Shown here: one piece after another, positions 56,248-64,000 of the stretch
How positions within the stretch are numbered: position 1 is the first letter of the stretch
Layout: each line of letters starts with the position of its first letter
Source: Patescibacteria group bacterium
GTDB lineage: Bacteria; Patescibacteriota; Minisyncoccia; Phycocordibacterales; JACOZG01
DNA length: 64,000 nucleotides
Assembly (NCBI GenBank): GCA_034658935.1
Contig: JAYEGE010000008.1
Span: forward strand, 68,678-132,677
Reading direction: 5' to 3'
Notes under the pieces: generated by a model
What the model saw: only the letters and a program-made list of their open reading frames with translations
Databases searched by the model: none
What the model was told of the DNA's origin: nothing
Made by a program: the position numbers and the translations under genes

Positions 56248-57361
56248 GAGCCACGCGAAGTACTTCTTCTGGTGTAGTTAGGCCTTCAATAATCTTGCGC
56301 CGCCCGTCTTCGGTAATGGTTGCCATTCCCTGGCTGGCGGCCAATTTCTTTAATTCACTTGCTGGCACCTTGGCCAAGATGGCTTCTCGGATCTCGTCAT
56401 TGACCACCAACACTTCATTAATACTGATCCTCCCGCGGTAGCCACTTTGCTTACATTCCTCACAGCCCCGCCCTTTGGAAATAGTCGATGCCCACTCGCC
56501 GGACCCCAATTGTGTTTGCTCTCGGCAGTTTTGGCAGACTCGTCGCACCAGACGTTGGCTGAGTACTAGGCTGACGGTGGAGGCGACGAGGAAGGGCTCG
56601 ATCTTCATATCAAGTAGGCGGGGTAGGGTAGTGGCAGCGTCAGAGGTGTGCAGAGTGGAGAGGAGGAGGTGGCCGGTTAGGGCGGTGTTGATGGCGATGC
56701 CGGCTGTTTCTAGGTCTCGAATCTCGCCGACCATGATAATGTCTGGGTCCTGGCGTAGGATAGAGCGCAAACCGCTTGAGAAATTCAAACTAGTTCGCTC
56801 GTTAACCTGGATTTGCTCAATGCCGGGGATGGCGTACTCAATGGGGTCCTCGATAGTGACGATGCTTACCTCTGGGGTGTTCAATATTTTAAGTAAGGTA
56901 TAGAGAGTAGTGGTCTTGCCAGAGCCGGTAGGGCCAGTGGCCAAGATCATTCCTCCTCGAGCTGTGGATTGGATGATCTTATCGCGATTCTCAGCATTGA
57001 AGCCAAGGGCCTCCAGGGTGAAGTTCTCGGCCTGGTCGGCGAGGAGGCGGAGGACGGCGTTCTCACCATAATAAGTGGGGACAATGGAGACTCGGATATC
57101 TATTGTTTTTGTTCGGCTCAAAGATAGGCGGAAGCGACCGTCTTGAGCCGCTTGGTGTTCGTCGGTCCGCAGGGAGGCGAGGATCTTAATGCGACTGATT
57201 ATTTCGTCCCCAATATTTGGAGGCAGGTCTTGGGTGTCGCGGAGTGCGCCATCGATGCGGAGACGCACTCTCAGACCCTGCTCGGTTGGGTCGATGTGGA
57301 TGTCTGAAGCCTTGAGGTCGCAGGCCTCAGCAATTAAGGCGTTAAGTAGCTTGACCACCAT
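56240..57361 (-). CDS. pilB: GspE/PilB assembly ATPase lacking the N-terminal domain
   Basis: ASDIHIDP, GPTGSGKTTT, TIEDPIE, LRQDPD, STLHT, CxxC..CxxC. Confidence 0.9.
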   Translation of the reverse strand: MVVKLLNALIAEACDLKASDIHIDPTEQGLRVRLRIDGALRDTQDLPPNIGDEIISRIKILASLRTDEHQAAQDGRFRLSLSRTKTIDIRVSIVPTYYGENAVLRLLADQAENFTLEALGFNAENRDKIIQSTARGGMILATGPTGSGKTTTLYTLLKILNTPEVSIVTIEDPIEYAIPGIEQIQVNERTSLNFSSGLRSILRQDPDIIMVGEIRDLETAGIAINTALTGHLLLSTLHTSDAATTLPRLLDMKIEPFLVASTVSLVLSQRLVRRVCQNCREQTQLGSGEWASTISKGRGCEECKQSGYRGRISINEVLVVNDEIREAILAKVPASELKKLAASQGMATITEDGRRKIIEGLTTPEEVLRVAHD

Positions 57362-57637
57362 AGGGAAATTCTAAGTTCCCCTCAATTGTTTTCAATAGTT
57401 AACAATGCTCATTACGTTTAGTTTCTTAGATGTCAAAATGTGTTACCGAAATGCAACAGGGGATACTGTCTTAATCCAATGGCTCTCGATTATCTGATGG
57501 CCACTAAGAACTTGAAAATCGGGCCGAGATAAGAACGAAAACTCTCTTGTCGGCCCTATTTGACAGGTCTTGGTGGGGGAGCTGGGAGATGCTAAAATGA
57601 GTTTGCAAGCTTAAACTAATAATAATCAATCGCCATT

Positions 57638-58741
57638 ATGTCAACTTCAAGAAAATTGATCTGGATTGTTGTTCTTGTCGCCATCTTGCTCATCCTCTGG
57701 TGGCTCGGCGGTGGCAACACTCAAACACCACCCGCCGCCGACATCCAAGAGCCGATAAAGGTAGGAGTTCTCGTGCCGCTCAGTGGGCCAGCTGCGTATT
57801 ATGGTGATCAAGCAAGAATAGGTGTCGAGTTGGCTGTTGGTCGTCTGGATTCGCTATACCCCGACCTTGATTTTTCCATTGTCTATGAAGATAGTCTTTA
57901 CAATCCTAAAACAGCTGTTGAAGTCTACGCTAAATTAAGGGAGATCGACGGGGTTGATGCTGTTGTCACTATGGCCAGTCATGTGTCGTTAGCTGTCCAA
58001 CCTCTGGCCGAGGGAGACGGGATTTTACAGATGGCCATTGCCTCAACTGCCGGGGCGTATAGTACACCCGGCGACTTATCTTTCAGGACTATCCCCGTGA
58101 TCAAGAGGCAAACGGATCTCCTTGTTGATTACGTGTTGAGCCAAGAATATTCAGAGATCGGGATACTAAATGTTAATAACGATTTTGGTATCGGGGGCAG
58201 GGATGCTTTCAGAAGTTCTCTGCAAGATCGGGGATTGATCGAGCAAGTCGTGATTGAGGAGAATTTCCTCACTAATGCCACAGATTTCAGAACACAATTG
58301 ACTAAGATCAAAGCCGCTGACCCCGATACTTTATTTGTTATCGGGACTGCTACTGATTATTCTAGTCTATTGCGGCAGGCATCAGAGCTCGGTCTTGAGA
58401 CTCAGTTTGTCTCTGTTAGTTCTACTGAGGACCCGGGTTTGATTGCTAATGCTGGGGAGTACGCTGAGGGGGTAATTTATACCTACTATCCAATTGATCA
58501 AGGCGTTAAAAATCAATTACCAGATGGTTATGCGGCGGAGGGATACGAGGCGGTTAACCTGGTCGCCTCGTCTTTTCAGAAATGTGGTAAGGATTACCAA
58601 TGCATACAGAACTACCTGACGAATCTGGATGGTTACGATTCGATCTTTGGCGATTTAAGTTTCGATAATAGCGGGGATGTTGATTATCCCTTTATCATGA
58701 AAACTGTTCGCGATGGTCAGTTTGTCAGACTAGAAGAATAA
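57638..58741 (+). CDS. Liv-type ABC substrate-binding protein 4
   Basis: TM anchor, IKVGVLVPLSG, YED, DFRTQLTKI, FD..GD. Confidence 0.88.
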   Translation: MSTSRKLIWIVVLVAILLILWWLGGGNTQTPPAADIQEPIKVGVLVPLSGPAAYYGDQARIGVELAVGRLDSLYPDLDFSIVYEDSLYNPKTAVEVYAKLREIDGVDAVVTMASHVSLAVQPLAEGDGILQMAIASTAGAYSTPGDLSFRTIPVIKRQTDLLVDYVLSQEYSEIGILNVNNDFGIGGRDAFRSSLQDRGLIEQVVIEENFLTNATDFRTQLTKIKAADPDTLFVIGTATDYSSLLRQASELGLETQFVSVSSTEDPGLIANAGEYAEGVIYTYYPIDQGVKNQLPDGYAAEGYEAVNLVASSFQKCGKDYQCIQNYLTNLDGYDSIFGDLSFDNSGDVDYPFIMKTVRDGQFVRLEE

Positions 58742-58750
58742 ATAACAAAT

Positions 58751-59857
58751 ATGAGAAAAATCATCTGGATCATCATAATAATCATCGCCGCGCTTTTCCT
58801 CGGATGGGCGTGGGGCGGTGACGACCAAGCGCCGGCTAGTGGTGAACCGATTAGGATTGGAGTATTAGTTCCGCTTTCGGGAGATGCGGCAGCTTGGGGC
58901 GAGAATGCTAAACAAGGTATCGACTTGGCCCTTTTGGCGCTACGGGAAAAATGTTTGGCCGAGAAATGTGAGTCGACTCCGGTCGAACTAATTTATGAAG
59001 ACACTCGCGGCGAAGCCAGGCAGACAGTTTCTGCCTACCAGAAATTAACCAATATCGATAAGGTTAATGGAATTATTGGGCCGATATCACAAACGGCAAT
59101 GGCTTCCCTCATTCCTCTTATTGAGCAAAATCCGATTCCTGTTATTGCCCCTAGTTATGTTTCGCCAGAGGCTCGGCGCAATCCTCGTAATCCTCTTTTG
59201 ATCTGGACTGACGTGCAAGTTGAGGCGGAACGAATGGCCGAATACGTCTTCGGTCAGGGTGCTCGTAGTGTTGCTATTCTCGGTAGCCTAGATGCTTGGG
59301 AAAGTGAGGTTTCTCAAGCTTTTGAACAGAAATTTAAAGACCTGGGTGGTGAGACGAGTATCGAGCTAGTTCAACCCAATACTTTGGAGGTCAAGACAAC
59401 AGTCACTAAATTACTTGCCAACAAACCAGATGCGGTATTCCTTGGCACTTATTATCAATTTATCAATGCTACCAAAACTTTAGCCGAGTTTAATTTCGAG
59501 GGCAGTGTCTACGGTATTGAGGTGGATCAATACCTGGCCACAGAGACAAGGCCACGCAGCAACGGCCTCCAATTCATAGCTCCTGATTTCTACAATCCTA
59601 ATTTTGTCGACCAATTTGAAGAAATGTATGGACGTAAGCCAGGCATCCCGTCTGGCCAAGCTTACGATGCCGCCTCTATCTTTTTTGGTTTGTGGCGGTC
59701 TGCCGGCAACAAGGACGATGTTGTAAGGGCGATGGAGGACTTCGAAACTCATAATGGAGTTTCTGGGGAGATCACAATAACACCAGAACACATAACTTTA
59801 ATGCCGACTGCTATCTTTGAAGTTGAAGATGGCGAGATTATTAGACTGGAAGAATAA
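58751..59857 (+). CDS. Liv-type ABC substrate-binding protein 5
   Basis: TM anchor, IRIGVLVPLSG, YEDT, AYDA. Confidence 0.88.
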   Translation: MRKIIWIIIIIIAALFLGWAWGGDDQAPASGEPIRIGVLVPLSGDAAAWGENAKQGIDLALLALREKCLAEKCESTPVELIYEDTRGEARQTVSAYQKLTNIDKVNGIIGPISQTAMASLIPLIEQNPIPVIAPSYVSPEARRNPRNPLLIWTDVQVEAERMAEYVFGQGARSVAILGSLDAWESEVSQAFEQKFKDLGGETSIELVQPNTLEVKTTVTKLLANKPDAVFLGTYYQFINATKTLAEFNFEGSVYGIEVDQYLATETRPRSNGLQFIAPDFYNPNFVDQFEEMYGRKPGIPSGQAYDAASIFFGLWRSAGNKDDVVRAMEDFETHNGVSGEITITPEHITLMPTAIFEVEDGEIIRLEE

Positions 59858-59866
59858 ACAATAAAT

Positions 59867-60871
59867 ATGAAAAAATTAATCTGGATTATTGTCATAATCG
59901 TAGTTGTCGGTCTGATCTGGTGGGCGGGGAGTGGTAATGAGCGGGAGTCGGCCATTGGCGAGCCGATTAGGATTGGTGTTATTGCTCCGTTGACCGGCAT
60001 TATCGCTGATTATGGAGAAGAAATGCAGCGGGGAGTGGAGGCGGCCCAGGTTGAAGGCGTTGAGTTTGTCTACGAAGATAGTCAATGTGATGCCAAGACG
60101 ACTGTCTCGGCTTATCGCAAATTGACTGAAATAGACGAGATCAAATTTATTATCGGTCCCGGCTGTGGTGCGCCGCAGGAAGTCATCACCCCTCTTCTGG
60201 AAGAGGATCAAACCATTGTGGTAGTACCTTCGGCGGCCACTCAAGAACTCTACGCGCGGAGCGGTGGTAATTTCTATAATCTCCAGTATGCCCTTGAGGA
60301 TGAGTCTAAGTTCATTGCCGACGAGATGTACGATGCGGGTTACGAGAAGGTAGTCCTCATTGGTTACCAGAATAATTTTTCTAAAATCCATGAAGATACC
60401 TTCATTGCTAATTATCAGGGGGAGATTGTCGAGCATGTCTCCTTCCCCTTTGATGCCTCTGATACCTTGGGCGAATTAACTAAAATCAAACATAAGGAGT
60501 TCGACGCGATTTTTTCTACTGACATTACCTTTCTCTTCGGCAATGGCATGAAGCGCTTGGGCCAATTGGGTATCGAGGTGCCTGTTTTCTCACAATACGC
60601 CACCGAGTTGCCGGCAGTACGTGGATTGGCTGAAGGCATCATTTACTCCTTCCCCGATGATGTTATTGAGGGCGAGGGGGCTGTTTACGGGCTCTCTAAG
60701 CAGGCCACTGAGTTATTGTCGTCTATCGTACTTGGGTGTACCGGGGATTATGCCTGCGTTAAGGAGGGCTTAGATCAGTCGGGGCATTTTGATGAGAACG
60801 GCGTCAGTGTGCGCCCCTTGCTTCTGAAAACTATTAAAGATGGCCAAGCTGTTCCTTACGTCGTAGAATAG
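59867..60871 (+). CDS. Liv-type ABC substrate-binding protein 6
   Basis: TM anchor, IRIGVIAPLTG, YEDSQCD, FDENG. Confidence 0.85.
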   Translation: MKKLIWIIVIIVVVGLIWWAGSGNERESAIGEPIRIGVIAPLTGIIADYGEEMQRGVEAAQVEGVEFVYEDSQCDAKTTVSAYRKLTEIDEIKFIIGPGCGAPQEVITPLLEEDQTIVVVPSAATQELYARSGGNFYNLQYALEDESKFIADEMYDAGYEKVVLIGYQNNFSKIHEDTFIANYQGEIVEHVSFPFDASDTLGELTKIKHKEFDAIFSTDITFLFGNGMKRLGQLGIEVPVFSQYATELPAVRGLAEGIIYSFPDDVIEGEGAVYGLSKQATELLSSIVLGCTGDYACVKEGLDQSGHFDENGVSVRPLLLKTIKDGQAVPYVVE

Positions 60872-60880
60872 ATAGTAATT

Positions 60881-61612
60881 ATGACCGACACCCTGCTCCA
60901 ACTTAAAGATGTCCACGTTCAATACGGCGGCGTTAAGGCCCTCGATGATGTGTCAGTGGAGATTGATGAGGGAGAGGTGGTGGCCTTGATGGGGCCCAAT
61001 GGGGCAGGGAAGTCGACGGTGCTTAAGGCGATCTTTGGCCTGGCGCCAATTGCCAAGGGTAAAGTGCTCTGGCATGAGCATCCGGTGGCTCCGCGACCAG
61101 ACGAGATGGTGGCTCGAGGACTCTCCTTCGTTCCTCAAGGTCGGCGGGTGTTCCGCCGCCTAACGGTGCAGGAGAACTTGGAGATTGGTGGTTATGTTAT
61201 TAAAGATAAGAAATTGGTCCAGGAGAGGATAAAGGAAGTCTCAGAAATCTTCCCTGACCTCAAAACTAAACTTAAGGCCAAATCGGGGACCCTCTCTGGC
61301 GGCCAACAACAAATGCTCGCCATCGCCCGCGGCCTCATTACTGAGCCTAAGGTACTCTTACTCGACGAACCTTCGCTCGGCCTCTCGCCTAAATTAGTTA
61401 AGGAAGTCTTTGCTAAAATTAAAGAAATAAACGAGCGCCATAAGACGGCGATTATGGTAGTAGAACATAATTTGAAGTCCCTTCTCCAAATTGTCCACCG
61501 AGCCTATGTTCTCGACAAGGGGCGCCTGGTCGGCGATGGTCCCGCCGCCCAATTTGCTGAAAAAGATTTCCTCAAGAAAGTCTTTCTCGGCCAAGTTGAA
61601 GCAGCAGCCTAG
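60881..61612 (+). CDS. livF: branched-chain amino acid ABC ATPase
   Basis: GPNGAGKST, VPQGRRVF..LTV.ENL, LSGGQQQM, LDEPSLGLSP. Confidence 0.93.
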   Translation: MTDTLLQLKDVHVQYGGVKALDDVSVEIDEGEVVALMGPNGAGKSTVLKAIFGLAPIAKGKVLWHEHPVAPRPDEMVARGLSFVPQGRRVFRRLTVQENLEIGGYVIKDKKLVQERIKEVSEIFPDLKTKLKAKSGTLSGGQQQMLAIARGLITEPKVLLLDEPSLGLSPKLVKEVFAKIKEINERHKTAIMVVEHNLKSLLQIVHRAYVLDKGRLVGDGPAAQFAEKDFLKKVFLGQVEAAA

Positions 61613-61641
61613 CTGTGCAACACTAAGTGTTGCACAGCTAG
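61609..61641. repeat. REP-like palindrome
   Basis: CTAGCTGTGCAACACT-A-AGTGTTGCACAGCTAG, perfect 16-bp arms. Confidence 0.8.
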
Positions 61642-61685
61642 TGTCTTGAAGGGGGGGGTGCTCTTATTTTGTTAATCTAGAACTC

Positions 61686-61925
61686 ATGTTTAAAAATATG
61701 ATAATGAAAAGGATGCTCAAGTCCCAAGGGGCGACGGATGAGCAGGCGGGAGTGATTTTGGAATTGGTGGAGAAGAACCCTGAACTCTTCCAAAAGATTG
61801 CTTCTGAGGTAGAGGCGCGAGTTAAGAATGGGGAAGACAAGCAACAAGCCTCCATGGCGGTAATGGCCGCTCACCAAGAAGAACTCAAGCAAGTAATAGG
61901 GGACCCAAGTAAGTTGCAGCTCTAA
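61686..61925 (+). CDS. hypothetical protein
   Basis: 79-aa helical ORF with KNPELFQKIA.E motif. Confidence 0.7.
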   Translation: MFKNMIMKRMLKSQGATDEQAGVILELVEKNPELFQKIASEVEARVKNGEDKQQASMAVMAAHQEELKQVIGDPSKLQL

Positions 61926-62260
61926 CGAGAAGTCTTAAAGAATCTACAGTCGTAGGTTCTTTAAGACTCGAAGATAGAAAGAGACCCCAGTGTCAGTTGA
62001 CACCGGGGTCGTGGTTTAGCGCGGGTGGGGTTTTTATCCCCCCAACGCCACCCTGATCTTCTCGCTCAGGGTTGCCGTCTCGAAGGGGATTGTACTGTTC
62101 TTTTAAATCAAGGTCCACCTTGATCCCACCACATCTTAACTGCGCCAATTATAGCATGGCCAACTCCCTTGTCAAGTTCTCACTATCCTCACGGTCGTAG
62201 AGATAGTGAGAATTTATCCCGGGCTTGAATTTTGGCGGCGGAAAGGGGATAGTTAGCAGA

Positions 62261-63262
62261 ATGAGTTTAAGTATTGGAATTGTGGGGTTGCCAAACGTCG
62301 GGAAGTCGACGCTTTTTAATGCGCTCACCAAGAAGGAGGTGCCGGCAGAGAATTATCCTTTCTGCACTATTGATCCATCGGTGGGCATTGTCACTGTGCC
62401 TGACAAACGGCTGGACATATTAACCAAGCTTTCTAAGTCGGCCAAGACTATCCCCGCCGTGGTTGAGTTTGTCGACATTGCTGGGCTGGTTAGGGGTGCG
62501 GCTGATGGAGAAGGGTTGGGCAATAAATTTCTTTCCCATATTCGCGAGGTAGACGCCATTGCCCAAGTGGTCCGCGCCTTTTCTGATAGCAAGGTCACTC
62601 ACGTGGCTGACAAAATTGACCCGCTTAGTGACGCTGAGGTCATTAATCTCGAGCTGGTTATGGCTGATGCTCAGACAATAGCGAAGCGCCAAGGGAGCAT
62701 CGCTCGAGAGGTGAAGCGAGGCGATAAGGAGGAAGTAGCGGAGAATAAACTTCTGATCAAGCTGGGAGAAGCGCTCGAGGCGGGCCAATTAGTTTCTGGT
62801 TTGGAGTTGGATGAGGTCGAACAAGTCCAACTTAAGTCCCTTCACCTACTCACCGCCAAGCCAATCTTATATGTCGTCAACACTTCTGAGGCGACAGAGA
62901 ATTTACTTGAGGGTCTCAAAGAACAATTGCCTGGTCCCTCGCTCGAGATTGACCCGATCTTTGGAGAGGGGCTTGATAAGCTAACTCAGGCTAGTTATGA
63001 GCTGCTCGACCTGATCACTTTTTTTACCACTGGAGAAGATGAGACCCGGGCCTGGACCATTAAGCGGGGGAGCACAGCACCAATTGCTGGCACTGCCATT
63101 CATACCGATTTTAAAGATAAATTTATTAAGGCCGAAGTGATTACTTATGAAAAATTAGTTGATGCCGAAGGCTACGCAATGGCCCGTGAAAAAGGATGGG
63201 TCCGAACCGAGGGCAAAGAATACATTGTTCAAGACGGCGATGTCATTGAGTTCAAAATCTAG
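62261..63262 (+). CDS. ychF: ribosome-binding ATPase YchF
   Basis: GIVGLPNVGKST, NYPFCTIDP, DIAGLV, GLGNKFL, C-terminal TGS domain. Confidence 0.96.
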   Translation: MSLSIGIVGLPNVGKSTLFNALTKKEVPAENYPFCTIDPSVGIVTVPDKRLDILTKLSKSAKTIPAVVEFVDIAGLVRGAADGEGLGNKFLSHIREVDAIAQVVRAFSDSKVTHVADKIDPLSDAEVINLELVMADAQTIAKRQGSIAREVKRGDKEEVAENKLLIKLGEALEAGQLVSGLELDEVEQVQLKSLHLLTAKPILYVVNTSEATENLLEGLKEQLPGPSLEIDPIFGEGLDKLTQASYELLDLITFFTTGEDETRAWTIKRGSTAPIAGTAIHTDFKDKFIKAEVITYEKLVDAEGYAMAREKGWVRTEGKEYIVQDGDVIEFKI

Positions 63263-63271
63263 AGGACATCT

Positions 63272-63300
63272 AGATGTTAGACATTCAATGTCTAACATCT
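63272..63300. repeat. REP-like palindrome downstream of the transposase
   Basis: AGATGTTAGACATT-C-AATGTCTAACATCT. Confidence 0.9.
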
Positions 63301-63924
63301 GTTGATATCTAACTCCTCTTCTATTTCCTCAGCCTTTTTCTTGGCTACAGAGCTGGCGAGAAAGCTTTTGTATTCGTCTTTATCATTAAATTGATCAGTG
63401 ACGATACTCGGAGTCAATAAACAGGGCCAGCGATTAGATTTTAAGTAATCGTTACGGCTATTCCATCCGCCGGTATGTTTATGAATATAGGCAGAGAGAT
63501 GAAGAAGTTGGTCATTATCTTCAATATGAACCGATTTGTATCGTCCTTGAAATAAATGGCCAGATTGCTGGTATTTATTATTGAAGTATTTGGTATGGGA
63601 ATTGAGCAATCTTTGCATGTAGCGAAATATCCCCTCATCGACATGGTTTTTTAGTAAGAGGTGGAAGTGGTTGGGCATAAGGGAGAAAGCCACCAAGGAG
63701 ACCTTCCTTTGCTGGACAATTTCTTTAATCGTTTCTTGGGAAGTGTTAAACATTGAATGTCTAACAAAATAGGAGACAGGGCGGGTTAGATTGGTGAGGG
63801 TTAGGTCTGATTGAAAGTGTAAGATCGAGAACAAAAATCTCACCCAATCTTGTTGATCCCGAAAAATCTGGTTTTTCAAAACCCCGCGGTTATATACATG
63901 GTAGTATTCGTCAGGAATTTTCAT
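63292..63924 (-). mobile_element. REP-associated tyrosine (HUH/Y1) transposase, RAYT-like
   Basis: YYHVYNRG, LMPNHFHLL (HUH), FN.KY...GHLFQGRYK, YIH; flanked by palindromes; likely start 63924. Confidence 0.9.
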
Positions 63925-63936
63925 CTGTCTATTATC

Positions 63937-63965
63937 TAATGTTAGACATTGAATGTCTAACATTA
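63937..63965. repeat. REP-like palindrome upstream of the transposase
   Basis: TAATGTTAGACATT-G-AATGTCTAACATTA; inverted relative to 63272-63300 (centre base G vs C). Confidence 0.9.
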
Positions 63966-64000
63966 ATGAACAAGTATTGAGTGTTGGATACAAAAACACC

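Noticed and set aside
44502-60871. Additional DGR targets among the binding proteins or pilins
   Set aside because: By eye no second VR-like match to TR is present in the window; a BLASTN of TR would be needed to exclude weak matches.
230-63644. Many 60-190 aa ORFs antisense to or overlapping conserved genes and tRNAs
   Set aside because: They are shadow frames with no motifs or RBS (for example 8027-8317, 11671-12156, 12327-12857, 15719-16324).
1-64000. CRISPR array, cas genes, rRNA or prophage
   Set aside because: I saw no regularly spaced direct repeats with unique spacers, and no recognisable Cas, rRNA, integrase or phage structural sequence.
1-64000. Alternative genetic code (TGA=Gly, as in Gracilibacteria/Absconditabacteria)
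   Set aside because: Long conserved genes are intact under code 11, and dprA and livG end at TGA at their expected C-termini.

Overview
Bacterial chromosome segment read with genetic code 11. Gene content and style point to a Patescibacteria/CPR (Parcubacteria-like) genome: short IF-2, membrane-anchored binding proteins, DsbA-VKOR, pilin cluster, many short palindromic repeats. That assignment is inference. Most of the window is housekeeping (rbfA, infB, iscS, clpB, rpmG, miaA, parB, topA, dprA, rnr, rpsP, trmD, rpoBC, dnaG, rpoD, ychF) plus 8 tRNAs and a class II ribonucleotide reductase. It also holds an expanded Liv-type ABC transporter locus with six binding proteins, split by a type IV pilus/T2SS cluster. 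The main accessory feature is a complete diversity-generating retroelement (DGR) at about 13.8-16.8 kb with target gene/VR, 125-bp TR, Avd and RT. It has two unusual properties: avd is antisense, sharing a CATG start overlap with RT, and RT is out of frame at a GA-dinucleotide tract, which could be a phase-variable on/off switch. Other items: (1) a second four-helix-bundle gene bracketed by heptamer-built inverted repeats inside the liv operon; (2) a REP-associated tyrosine transposase whose palindromes recur in-frame inside housekeeping genes; (3) duplicated 5' stubs upstream of three tRNAs; (4) two paralogous unannotated small-RNA-like units.
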